Below are positions 48,220-58,320 of a DNA stretch of 64,000 bases, piece by piece; position 1 is the stretch's first letter, and each line of letters begins with the position of its first letter. The notes beneath the pieces are model-generated. The model saw nothing but the letters and a program-made list of their open reading frames with translations. It did no database searches and was not told the origin of the DNA. Made by a program: the position numbers and the translations under genes. Origin of the DNA: Sedimentisphaeraceae bacterium JB056 (GTDB taxonomy: Bacteria > Planctomycetota > Phycisphaerae > Sedimentisphaerales > Sedimentisphaeraceae); the NCBI GenBank assembly GCA_044440125.1, contig JBITAJ010000028.1:32001-96000 (forward strand). Direction: 5' to 3'.

Positions 48220-50859
48220 TTACTCTTGCGAAGTATCTGCCTGATCTGAGTCAGAGGCCTCAGCATTGTCTGCTTGAGTCTCAGATGTCGGCTGGTCCTG
48301 CGAATCGGAAACCTGATCGTCAGTCATTTGATCTTCTTCTGACTCTTCATCACGCATGATTCTTGCCGCTGATACTACTGCATCATCGTCGCCAACCTTT
48401 ATCATTCTCACACCGGCAGTGTTTCGGCCGATCTCGCGGAGCTCATCAAGTCCGGTACGAATGATTATTCCGTTGCGTGTAATCATCATAAGCTCATGCA
48501 TATCGGAAACCGGCATCACTGCCACTACTTTTCCGTTTCTCTCGGTCGTCTTGATATTGATTATACCAGAACCACCTCTGGACTGAACGCGGTATTCATC
48601 AGTATTGGTACGTTTTCCGTAGCCGCGTTCGCACACGGTCAGAAGCGAGCAACCCTCTTCGAGAACTACCATACCAACTACCTCGTCATCGCCCTTGAGC
48701 TTAATACCCTTGACACCTCGTGAAACCCTGCCCAGCGGCCTTGCATCATCCTCATGGAATCTAATACTCATGCCGTTCTTAGTGGCCAAAACGATTTCGT
48801 CATCGCCACTGGTCTTGAGTACACTGATAAGATCGTCATCATCATCAAGCTTGATTGCGTTAACGCCGTTAGACCTTATGTTACCATACGCACTAAGCAG
48901 CGTCTTCTTCACAATACCCTTACGGGTAGCAAAAATCAGGTTGCCGCTGTCGAAATCGCGAACGTTGATAATAGACATTATCCTTGAATCACCAAGATCA
49001 AGCAAGTTGACTATATTTCTGCCGCGGCTTTGACGCGATAGACTTGGAAGCTGATAAACCTTTATCCAATAACATCTTCCGTCATCGGTAAACACAATCA
49101 GGTAATCATGTGTTGAAGCAACAAACAGCAGTTCGATAAAGTCGCCGTCTTTGGAATCGCTGCCCATAATTCCACGGCCGCCTCTGCCCTGCCTGCGGTA
49201 AGTATCTATAGGCATACGCTTTATATAGCCTTCATGACTGATAGTCACAACGACTTCTTCTTCCTGAATCAAATCTTCAATGTCGAAATCGGCCGCCGCA
49301 TCGGTTATTTCTGTACGCCTTGTGTCGCCGTATTTGTCCTTGATTTCTCTAAGGTCTTCACGAACAATATCAAGAACAAGCTTATCACTTGCCAATATCG
49401 CTTCGTAACCTTCGATTTCTTCCATCAATGCAGAATATTCTTTAGCAAGTTTCTCAATCTCAAGACCTGTAAGCTTCTGAAGCTGCATCGTGAGAATCGC
49501 ATCAGCCTGAGGACCGGTCAGATATCTGCCTTCAGATATGCTCTGATTGAGGAATCTGTCGGGAAGAAGGTTCCTCAATGTCGCACTTTCGACAAGCTTG
49601 AGAGGCTTCTTCATCAAATTAAGCTTAGCAGTAGGAGCATCAGGCGATTTCTTTATAAGCTCGATTATTTCATCGATATCACTTACAGCAAGAATCAAGC
49701 CTTCGAGTATATGCGCCCTGTTCTGACACTTTCTCAAAAGGAACTGAGTCCTGCGTCTGATAACTATCTTACGGTGCTCAAGATACTCAAGCATAAGCTG
49801 TCGTATATTGAGAATCTCAGGCCTGTTATTTACAAGAGCCACATTATTTATAGCAAATGTAGTTGAAAGCTGCGTATACTTAAACAGTTTATTAACAACA
49901 ACTTCCGGCTCAACATCTTTCTTGAGCTCAACTACAATTCTAAGACCTTTACGGTCAGACTCATCATTAACATCCGCAATCTCAGGGATTATACCTCCAT
50001 GAACGCAGTCAGCTATCTTGGAGACGATATTGGTCTTAACAACCATGTACGGAATCTCCGTGATAATTATCTTATCACGGCTCTTGGTATTCTCCTCAAT
50101 CTCGTATTTACAGCGAAGTGTAATATGTCCCTTACCCTTGGAGAATGCATCCAGTATGCCTTTTCTACCGCAGATTATACCACCAGTCGGGAAATCCGGC
50201 CCCGGCATAACTTCCATAATATCGGCAAGACCGCAGTCAGGATTGTCTATAATCATCATCAACGCGTCACAAACCTCAGTAAGGTTGTGAGGGGCCATGT
50301 TTGTGGCCATACCAACCGCAATACCGGTAGAACCATTCACCAGCAAGTTTGGAAACTTTGATGGAAGAACAACCGGCTCAGTCCTTGTCTCATCATAGTT
50401 CTGGATATAATCGACAGTATCTTTCTTGAGATCCTCAAGCATGTCTGTCGCCGTGGCGAACATACGGGCCTCGGTATAACGCATAGCAGCAGGCGGGTCG
50501 CCGTCAATACTTCCGAAATTACCCTGCGGATCAACAAGTTTATATCGCATATTCCAGCCCTGTCCCATTCGGACAAGAGTCGGATAAACAACACTTTCGC
50601 CGTGAGGGTGGTAGTTACCACTGGTATCACCGGCAATCTTGGCACATTTCCTGTGTTTGCTTCGCGGGCCAAGATTAAGATCATTCATAGCAACCAGAAT
50701 TCGTCTTTGAGACGGCTTAAGACCATCACGAACGTCTGGAAGAGCACGAGATACGATAACACTCATAGCATAGTTGAGATATGAGTTTTTCATCTCATGC
50801 AGGATAGGCATATCCTCAAATTTTTCTAAAACTTGAGTTTCATTATTTACTTCTGACAT
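48220..50859 (-). CDS. gyrA: DNA gyrase subunit A
   Basis: YAMSVIVSRALPDVRDGLKP, AAMRYTE catalytic Tyr, GyrA box QGRGGRG, beta-pinwheel repeats, acidic tail. Confidence 0.95.
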   Translation of the reverse strand: MSEVNNETQVLEKFEDMPILHEMKNSYLNYAMSVIVSRALPDVRDGLKPSQRRILVAMNDLNLGPRSKHRKCAKIAGDTSGNYHPHGESVVYPTLVRMGQGWNMRYKLVDPQGNFGSIDGDPPAAMRYTEARMFATATDMLEDLKKDTVDYIQNYDETRTEPVVLPSKFPNLLVNGSTGIAVGMATNMAPHNLTEVCDALMMIIDNPDCGLADIMEVMPGPDFPTGGIICGRKGILDAFSKGKGHITLRCKYEIEENTKSRDKIIITEIPYMVVKTNIVSKIADCVHGGIIPEIADVNDESDRKGLRIVVELKKDVEPEVVVNKLFKYTQLSTTFAINNVALVNNRPEILNIRQLMLEYLEHRKIVIRRRTQFLLRKCQNRAHILEGLILAVSDIDEIIELIKKSPDAPTAKLNLMKKPLKLVESATLRNLLPDRFLNQSISEGRYLTGPQADAILTMQLQKLTGLEIEKLAKEYSALMEEIEGYEAILASDKLVLDIVREDLREIKDKYGDTRRTEITDAAADFDIEDLIQEEEVVVTISHEGYIKRMPIDTYRRQGRGGRGIMGSDSKDGDFIELLFVASTHDYLIVFTDDGRCYWIKVYQLPSLSRQSRGRNIVNLLDLGDSRIMSIINVRDFDSGNLIFATRKGIVKKTLLSAYGNIRSNGVNAIKLDDDDDLISVLKTSGDDEIVLATKNGMSIRFHEDDARPLGRVSRGVKGIKLKGDDEVVGMVVLEEGCSLLTVCERGYGKRTNTDEYRVQSRGGSGIINIKTTERNGKVVAVMPVSDMHELMMITRNGIIIRTGLDELREIGRNTAGVRMIKVGDDDAVVSAARIMRDEESEEDQMTDDQVSDSQDQPTSETQADNAEASDSDQADTSQE

Positions 50860-51324
50860 AAGTTGTGTTTACTCCAGGATTTAATGAGTCGAAACCAATC
50901 GACTTTGTAACAATTTTTAACTCTGCAGGCAGCAACAATGCCAACTATAAAACAGCATTAGTCAAACTATCGGCCACACTACAAAATCAGGTCTCTAATT
51001 ATATTCAAATAAAGCAATATGTCAAAAGGAATACGCCTTCTAAATGCCTAAATAACCACAAAATAGAAAGTCTGAATCTCTGAGATGCCGAAGCAGTCTG
51101 AGTCGCCAGATATATCACTGATTTAAACAGTAAATCCACCCCAAAACCTACGACTTTTTTGTGATTTTAGAAATCCGCCCTCTTTTTCTCCTGAAAAAAA
51201 GAAAAGAACTGCTATCAGGACGCGAAACAAGTTGCTTTTTGCGGTTTTAGCCTTATAATTGAGCAGTTTACGTACAGAAATTACAAATATGAAATTAGAT
51301 AAAGATATACGGAATTTTTCTTAA

Positions 51325-53724
51325 GTGATGAGATTATTAGACATAGACGATTTTGATACTATCATTGGCGATGACGGCCAGCCGAGTCCTGAACAGGTGG
51401 AAAACATGGAACTTCCAGAAACAATGTGTATCCTGCCGGTCAGAAACGCTGTAGCCTTTCCCGGCACAGTGATTCCACTTGCCCTTAGCCGTGATAAAAG
51501 CCAAAAACTCCTTGATGAGTGCAACACTGAAGAGGATACTATTGGCCTTGTGACCCAGAAAAAGGCCGACATAGAGAACCCTGGTGCAAAGGATATATAT
51601 AATATCGGAACAGCGGCATCAATTCTCAAGGTGATTAAGTCGCCTCAGGGGCCTACTACGATAATCGTTCACGGCATAATGCGATTTCGTATCGATGAGG
51701 TACTTCAAACAGAACCCTTCATAAAGGCCAAGGTTTCACCTATCAGAGTCAAGGTCAGGGAAACGAAAAAGCTTCGTGCCGTGATGGTAAATGTAAAGCG
51801 TATGGCCAACAAAGTTATTTCGCTTAGCCCCAATGCTCCTGAAGAAGCAATGTACATCATTGAGAATATCAATGATGCCAGTGCCCTCGCAGACTTTGTA
51901 GCCGCAACATTGAATGTGCCGGTAAAAGAGAAACAGGCCATACTCAACGAGCTTGATCCAGTCAAAAGGCTTGATATGGTATCGCTTTCTCTGGCCAATC
52001 AAACAGAACTGCTGGAATTGAGCAATAAAATACACGGTCAGGTTCGAAGCGCGATAGACAAAACCCAGCGTGAATACTTCCTTCAGGAACAGCTTAAAGC
52101 AATCCAGAATGAGCTTGGACAAAATGACAGAAAAACAGAAGAGCTCAACACTTTAGCCGAGAAGGTTAAAAAGGCTAAAATGCCTAAAGAGGCAGAGAAA
52201 GAAGTAATGCGTGAGCTTGAACGCCTTGGCAAAATACACCAGGCCTCACCTGAATACAGTGTAATAAGAACTTATATTGACTGGGCTTGTGAATTGCCTT
52301 GGTCAAAGAAAACAGAGGATTCTCTGGATATTGACAAGTCGGAAAAGACTCTCAACGCAGACCATTACGGCCTTGAGAAGGTCAAAAAAAGGATACTTGA
52401 GTTCCTTGCGGTTCGAAAACTGAACCCAACAGGCAAAAGTCCGATTCTTTGCTTTGCAGGCCCTCCGGGAGTTGGTAAAACAAGTCTTGGAAAGTCGATA
52501 GCAAGAGCAATGAACAGAGAATTTGTACGCATTTCTCTTGGCGGCATAAAGGATGAAGCCGACATCCGCGGCCACAGACGAACATATATTGGCGCCCTTC
52601 CGGGCAGAATTCTGCAAGAGCTGAGAAAGTGCGGCAGCAAAAACCCTGTATTCATGCTTGACGAACTCGATAAGATAGGTCAGGATTTCAGGGGCGACCC
52701 GGCTTCTGCACTGCTTGAGGTTCTTGATCCCGAACAAAACGACAGCTTTACAGATCACTACCTTGATCTTGCATTTGATCTGTCAAATATAATGTTTATT
52801 GGAACAGCAAACTACCTCGATCCAATACCGCCCGCTCTCTACGACAGGATGGAAATCATTGATCTGCCGGGTTATACAAGAATCGAAAAGCTCAAGATAG
52901 CTAAAAAATATCTCTTGCCGAGACAGATAAAAGAAAATGGTCTAAAGGTTAACCAGATAACATTTAAAGATGATGCCTTGCTGCTGCTGATAGACAGTTA
53001 CACAGCGGAGTCGGGAGTGCGTTCTCTTGAAAGGGAGATAGGTTCGCTCTGCAGGAACGTTGCCACACAGATAGCGAAAAAAGAGCGACGTAAGGTAACC
53101 ATCACGAAAAATAAAGTACAGGATGTACTTGGACCGATAAAATACGAATCAGAAGTCGCAATGAGAAGCGGCAAACCGGGAATCGTAACAGGTCTGGCAT
53201 GGACACCTGTAGGCGGCGAGATCCTGTTCATCGAGTCTCTTGCAGTAGCAGGCAAGGGCGAACTAAGCATTACAGGCCAGATTGGTGAAGTAATGGAAGA
53301 AAGTGTACGCGCTGCCTATACGCTAATCAAATCAATGGCAGGGAAATATGATATCCCCGAAGAGGCGTTTAAGGATTATGACTACCATATTCACGTGCCG
53401 GCTGGAGCAGTGCCTAAAGACGGGCCGAGTGCCGGTGTCGGAATGTTCACGTCACTTCTCTCACTAATTATGGATTGCAAAGTAGACCACAACATTGCGA
53501 TGACAGGAGAGATTACGCTTCAAGGTTTAGTGCTGCCTATAGGCGGACTGAAAGAAAAAATCCTTGCCGCAAAACAAGCTGGCATAACTAAAGTAATACT
53601 TCCGGCAAGAAACAAGAAAGATATGCCTGATGTACCTAAAGAGGCTCAGAAGGATATGGAATTTGTATTCGTAAAGAATGTTCAGGAAGTAGCTAAAGAA
53701 GCTATATTGATGAGCCAAAATTAA
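51325..53724 (+). CDS. lon: ATP-dependent Lon protease
   Basis: GPPGVGKTS, RGHRRTYIGA, LDELDK and PKDGPSAG (catalytic Ser) motifs. Confidence 0.95.
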   Translation: MMRLLDIDDFDTIIGDDGQPSPEQVENMELPETMCILPVRNAVAFPGTVIPLALSRDKSQKLLDECNTEEDTIGLVTQKKADIENPGAKDIYNIGTAASILKVIKSPQGPTTIIVHGIMRFRIDEVLQTEPFIKAKVSPIRVKVRETKKLRAVMVNVKRMANKVISLSPNAPEEAMYIIENINDASALADFVAATLNVPVKEKQAILNELDPVKRLDMVSLSLANQTELLELSNKIHGQVRSAIDKTQREYFLQEQLKAIQNELGQNDRKTEELNTLAEKVKKAKMPKEAEKEVMRELERLGKIHQASPEYSVIRTYIDWACELPWSKKTEDSLDIDKSEKTLNADHYGLEKVKKRILEFLAVRKLNPTGKSPILCFAGPPGVGKTSLGKSIARAMNREFVRISLGGIKDEADIRGHRRTYIGALPGRILQELRKCGSKNPVFMLDELDKIGQDFRGDPASALLEVLDPEQNDSFTDHYLDLAFDLSNIMFIGTANYLDPIPPALYDRMEIIDLPGYTRIEKLKIAKKYLLPRQIKENGLKVNQITFKDDALLLLIDSYTAESGVRSLEREIGSLCRNVATQIAKKERRKVTITKNKVQDVLGPIKYESEVAMRSGKPGIVTGLAWTPVGGEILFIESLAVAGKGELSITGQIGEVMEESVRAAYTLIKSMAGKYDIPEEAFKDYDYHIHVPAGAVPKDGPSAGVGMFTSLLSLIMDCKVDHNIAMTGEITLQGLVLPIGGLKEKILAAKQAGITKVILPARNKKDMPDVPKEAQKDMEFVFVKNVQEVAKEAILMSQN

Positions 53725-53744
53725 TTTTAGTAGAATAAAACTAT

Positions 53745-54770
53745 ATGTTTATAGATGAAGCACAGATATATGTTAAAGCCGGTGACGGCGGCGCGGGCTG
53801 CGTAAGTTTCAGGCGTGAAAAATTCATGCCCAAAGGTGGTCCCGATGGTGGAAACGGCGGCGATGGCGGAAATATCATTTTTGAAGCCGCGGCGGACGTT
53901 GACACTCTGCTCGATTTCTCAGGAAAACATCACTGGAAAGCCCCTAACGGAATGCCGGGCGAGGGAAGCAACAAAACAGGCGAAGACGGTGAGGATCTGA
54001 TCATAAAAGTTCCGGTTGGTACGCTTATATACGATACCGACATAGACCTCATGATAAAAGATATGAATGAAGCCGGCATGCGTGTTTGCGTGTGTAAAGC
54101 CGGCCTCGGCGGTAAAGGAAACAAGGAATTCGCCACATCAACAAGGCAAACACCTCGTTTTGCACAACCCGGCACTCTTGGCGATGAACGTAACCTGAAG
54201 CTCGAACTGAAGCTTATAGCTGATGTCGGCATGGTTGGTTTGCCCAATGCCGGTAAAAGTACTTTTGTTTCTGTATGCAGCAAGGCAAGGCCTAAGATAG
54301 CAAACTACCCGTTCACAACGCTCTCACCAGTGCTTGGAATAGCAGAGCTTAGCGGATTCAGGCGATTTGTAGTTGCCGATATCCCCGGTCTTATTGAAGG
54401 AGCTCATGAAGGAGCCGGCCTTGGACATGATTTTCTCAAGCACATTGAGCGTACGAGGACAATCGTCCATATACTTGATATAGACCCGCCTGACCTGTCT
54501 GACCCGGCGGAAAATTATCGCAAGATACGCAATGAGCTTGAACGCTACAGCGATATACTGACGCATAAGAGAGAAGTCATCGTAGCAAACAAAATGGATC
54601 TGTGTCCTGACGATGAAATACTCGATCAGCTCAAAAAAGACTTGGGCAGAGATGACATCATACCGATTTCTGCTGCAACAGGCCAGGGAATAGAGGAACT
54701 CAAGGAAGTTCTCTGGAAAATGGTAAAGGAAGTGCAGCAACAGGAAGAAGAAGAGCAAAACGAAGAGTAA
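53745..54770 (+). CDS. obgE: GTPase ObgE/CgtA
   Basis: SFRREKF.PKGGPDGGNGG, GLPNAGKS, YPFTT, DIPGLIEGA and NKMD motifs. Confidence 0.95.
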   Translation: MFIDEAQIYVKAGDGGAGCVSFRREKFMPKGGPDGGNGGDGGNIIFEAAADVDTLLDFSGKHHWKAPNGMPGEGSNKTGEDGEDLIIKVPVGTLIYDTDIDLMIKDMNEAGMRVCVCKAGLGGKGNKEFATSTRQTPRFAQPGTLGDERNLKLELKLIADVGMVGLPNAGKSTFVSVCSKARPKIANYPFTTLSPVLGIAELSGFRRFVVADIPGLIEGAHEGAGLGHDFLKHIERTRTIVHILDIDPPDLSDPAENYRKIRNELERYSDILTHKREVIVANKMDLCPDDEILDQLKKDLGRDDIIPISAATGQGIEELKEVLWKMVKEVQQQEEEEQNEE

Positions 54771-54807
54771 GAACTCTTTCTCAAGCAGCTCAACATGTTA
54801 GAATATT

Positions 54808-54842
54808 AAAAGAGACGCGGCAAAACACGCGTCTCTTTTTTT
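54808..54842. terminator. Bidirectional intrinsic terminator
   Basis: AAAAGAGACGCG / CGCGTCTCTTTT between convergent genes. Confidence 0.8.
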
Positions 54843-54850
54843 GTTCAAAA

Positions 54851-56974
54851 TTAATTTTCGCTGAATTCACCGGCAACAATATAGTCTATTATACCGTCAT
54901 CATTTTTTCTCTTATCGATACGTTCAAAAACTTCAGTATTCGTAAGTCCCTGATTCTCCTCAGCAGCTTTGCAATCCTCCTCGATAGCATAATATGAATT
55001 GGTGAAGCTGTCTTTGAAGCTTGATATATATCTGGTAACATACTTGAATCCTTCACTCACATTTCTATTGCCCCAATAAGTATTTATTCCAAGCTCATTA
55101 CCATTGGAATTTGACATATTCAGAAAAAGCAATCCTATTTCATTTTTGAAGAGAATATTATTATTGACCTCAAGCCTACAGAATGATGTAAAAAATATAC
55201 CGGTAGAAGATTCACCTATAACATTATTAGCAATTAGTACACTTTTGGAAGCAAAAGCATACACCCCCATATCATTGCCGACAATTATATTATTCTTCAC
55301 TTCACCACGACTATCTCCTCCTAAAACAATCCCCTCTTCATCGTTATTTTTTATGATATTATCGCATGCAATTATTTCATTGCCTCGAGACGACAACCCG
55401 ACACCTTTATTACCGGAAATTATATTTCTTTGCACTTCTGCATTACCATTCATACGGACATTTATACCGGCACCGACAGTATCTGTCACAAAACAGTCAT
55501 GAACTATTCCCTTAGAAACATCATCAATACAAATACCAACAGCAAAAGCCCCATTCACTTGTGAATTGCTAAGCGTCATACTGCATGAAGATCTGCTATA
55601 AACACCTAAAGGCGAGAGATCAACACCAGCCGTATTTTCAATCAAACAGCAATTTATAACAACATCTCCTTTACCACTTGCCTCTATTGCTGCATATTCT
55701 TTGCGACTATCATCATATTCCTTGTCATATCGCCAGTTGACAGTAAGATTCTCAATGACAACTTTCTCGTCTTCTTTAAGGTCTCTTACCCAGATAGCAG
55801 ACTTAGGCGAAACAACTTCAAATCGACAGCCTTTCAATGATTCGCCACGAATCGTCATCGGTTTGGATATAACAAGAGGCTCGGTATAAACACCATCTTT
55901 CAGTATGTAAGTTCCGCCTTTAGGATGCTTATTTATAAGTGACTGCAAACCCGGTTTGCCAAGCTTCACTATAAGCTGGCCTGATTCTGGCTTAATCTCA
56001 CTTCCTGTCCATTCGTACACGTTCAGATTATCAAGCTTCTGGTGGTTTGTAACAGGAATATTCGGATCGATCACTCCTATATCAGCAGGAGTAACAAGGA
56101 AGACGGATTCAACCCAACCGGGTTTAGCATCACACTCCATAACCGCATCATACAAATCATAATCACTTTCAAGCTCCACAACCCGAGGCGGCTGCCACCC
56201 AAAACAAACAGTCTCACCTGAGCTGATCTGCACATCCGTCTCAACACATATTTCACAGGAAGTGTCATTTGCCGATGTAAATTCAGACTCAAGTTTTTGA
56301 CCTTGTGAAGATACAATTATAGTATCCCTATCAGAAAATTCACCTAACGGTATCTTATCCCCGGGATTCTTGGTAGAAGGTCCATTTTTGTAAACAACCA
56401 TACCGCCACAGCAAAACTCCTCATCTTCATTAAAACCGTATACTTTGACATCATATTTCTTCCTGTCATCACAAGCCTGCCCGTAATTTTCTTTTACACG
56501 CCCGCTTATATAATTCCAGGCATCTTTATTGATCAGCTTATCGAAATTCTGTTTCTTTGATTTCAGGGCTTTATTTTCCTTCGACTTTTTTTCGTCTTTT
56601 TCAGCTTTGATCTCTGCTAATGAAGGCTCAAGCTTTTTCAATTTTGCCTGAGCAGAACTGACAAGTGACCGTTGCGACTGGCAGGTTTGAATTATACTAT
56701 TATAACAGTCTGCCGCATCCTTAAACTGCTCTTTTGTTTCATAACATCCGCCCAACTGCATCAATGCCCTTGCCTTGACCTTTTCAAATCTCCCTGAAGC
56801 ATCTATTACCTCCTGATACAATGAGATGGCTTTATCAATATCTTTATCAATCCTCTCCGTGCGTACAGCCTGCCGAAACATAGAAGAAAGGTCCGCAGGT
56901 TTCTCCGCAGCATGAATATTAAAAACAGAAAGAAAAACAAGCGACATCACAAATTGCAAGACATACTTCTTCAT
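54851..56974 (-). CDS. Secreted protein with N-terminal TPR and C-terminal right-handed parallel beta-helix (NosD/pectin-lyase-like)
   Basis: Signal peptide; A...Y..VI / ALMQLG.CYE TPR; LKDGVYTE.LVI.K..TIRGE; repeated N.I..N..G motifs. Confidence 0.75.
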   Translation of the reverse strand: MKKYVLQFVMSLVFLSVFNIHAAEKPADLSSMFRQAVRTERIDKDIDKAISLYQEVIDASGRFEKVKARALMQLGGCYETKEQFKDAADCYNSIIQTCQSQRSLVSSAQAKLKKLEPSLAEIKAEKDEKKSKENKALKSKKQNFDKLINKDAWNYISGRVKENYGQACDDRKKYDVKVYGFNEDEEFCCGGMVVYKNGPSTKNPGDKIPLGEFSDRDTIIVSSQGQKLESEFTSANDTSCEICVETDVQISSGETVCFGWQPPRVVELESDYDLYDAVMECDAKPGWVESVFLVTPADIGVIDPNIPVTNHQKLDNLNVYEWTGSEIKPESGQLIVKLGKPGLQSLINKHPKGGTYILKDGVYTEPLVISKPMTIRGESLKGCRFEVVSPKSAIWVRDLKEDEKVVIENLTVNWRYDKEYDDSRKEYAAIEASGKGDVVINCCLIENTAGVDLSPLGVYSRSSCSMTLSNSQVNGAFAVGICIDDVSKGIVHDCFVTDTVGAGINVRMNGNAEVQRNIISGNKGVGLSSRGNEIIACDNIIKNNDEEGIVLGGDSRGEVKNNIIVGNDMGVYAFASKSVLIANNVIGESSTGIFFTSFCRLEVNNNILFKNEIGLLFLNMSNSNGNELGINTYWGNRNVSEGFKYVTRYISSFKDSFTNSYYAIEEDCKAAEENQGLTNTEVFERIDKRKNDDGIIDYIVAGEFSEN

Positions 56975-57094
56975 TACTATCCCTAAAACAAAAACACTAA
57001 CATCAAAATTAAAACACCTGCAATTTGATTATACTAAAAAATATATACTTATCAAATAAATCTAAAAAAATACAAATCCCAACACCAAGCAAAT

Positions 57095-57134
57095 AAAAAA
57101 GCCGCCGGAAATCAAAATGACTTCCGGCGGCTTT
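57095..57134 (-). terminator. Intrinsic terminator
   Basis: AAAAAAGCCGCCGGAA...TTCCGGCGGCTTT. Confidence 0.8.
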
Positions 57135-57158
57135 GGATCTATCTATTAGACTATTTTA

Positions 57159-58178
57159 TCAGTTCCACTTGCCCTGCTCTACATCAACAACCTTACCGCT
57201 GTCAATAGCACTTTCACAGCTCAGGCATACGTGCGTAAGCTCAAAAGATAATTCCTGAGCGAATTCGTATTCACACTCGCCAAGAATTGAAAGCATAAAC
57301 TGCTGGAACATTTTGCTCTTTTCAGGAAGTTCAACCTCTACCGGCTTCTCGCCTGTGTGCAAAGTACATGTTACATTTGAACCTCTTGATTCAATCACGC
57401 CCTTTGTACCTACTACGCGCACCCAGTCATCGCCATGAGTTACTGATTCCATTGGACGCAGGTAGTCAACACTTACCGTAGCATGGCCGCCATTGCTCAT
57501 TGTAGAACAAATCGCCACATTATCATGGCACTCAGGACGCTCAGGATGTGCGAAGTTGCCTCCCATCGCAGCTACATTGGTGAATTTCAAGCCTGTAACA
57601 TAGTTAATGAAATCAAAAGCATGGATTCCAACCCAAGCAACAGTACCACCATAAAGCTTCCTGTTACCAAACCACTCAGGACGCGTGCCGTATTTGTAAG
57701 ACTTACGACCATTGCAAAGCACCGCTTCGCCTATCACACCACTATCATAAGCCTGCTTAGCCGCACGGAAAATATTTTCAGAACGCATTGTAAGCATAGC
57801 TGTAAGCTTTACGTTATTCTTCTTTACCGCATCATAAACTTTCTCAAGTGTAGCAACATCAAGAGCCAGCGGTTTTTCACAAATAAGATGACAACCGGCA
57901 TTTGCCGCATCAATCGTAACCTGAGGCATCTCATTTAGCTGACTGCTTATAATAGCAACATCAGGCTTAACTTCCTCAAGCATAGTCTTGTAATCATCAT
58001 ACACCTTGATATCATCAGTAACAAGATCATGATTGAGAGTGAAAGAAATATCTTCACCCTCAAACGCAGGAGCAAGTCCCACCAACTGAGCCTTCTCAAA
58101 ACCTATCATCTCATCAAAAACACAAACAGTATGGCCAAAACCGCCGATACTGACTACTTTCAATACTTTATCTGACAT
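57159..58178 (-). CDS. Gfo/Idh/MocA family oxidoreductase
   Basis: N-terminal Rossmann fold, HLICEKPLA and YGG....GIH.FD motifs. Confidence 0.85.
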   Translation of the reverse strand: MSDKVLKVVSIGGFGHTVCVFDEMIGFEKAQLVGLAPAFEGEDISFTLNHDLVTDDIKVYDDYKTMLEEVKPDVAIISSQLNEMPQVTIDAANAGCHLICEKPLALDVATLEKVYDAVKKNNVKLTAMLTMRSENIFRAAKQAYDSGVIGEAVLCNGRKSYKYGTRPEWFGNRKLYGGTVAWVGIHAFDFINYVTGLKFTNVAAMGGNFAHPERPECHDNVAICSTMSNGGHATVSVDYLRPMESVTHGDDWVRVVGTKGVIESRGSNVTCTLHTGEKPVEVELPEKSKMFQQFMLSILGECEYEFAQELSFELTHVCLSCESAIDSGKVVDVEQGKWN

Positions 58179-58320
58179 AAAATAACCCTTCGCAGTTAGT
58201 AATTATCATTACAAAAATCAAAACGGACGTTTAATTATAGCTTTATATCGCTTTTCTGCAACAGAAATAGAGAAAAAGGACATTTGCGTTTTCAGCAATA
58301 CCAACACAATAAATTCAATT

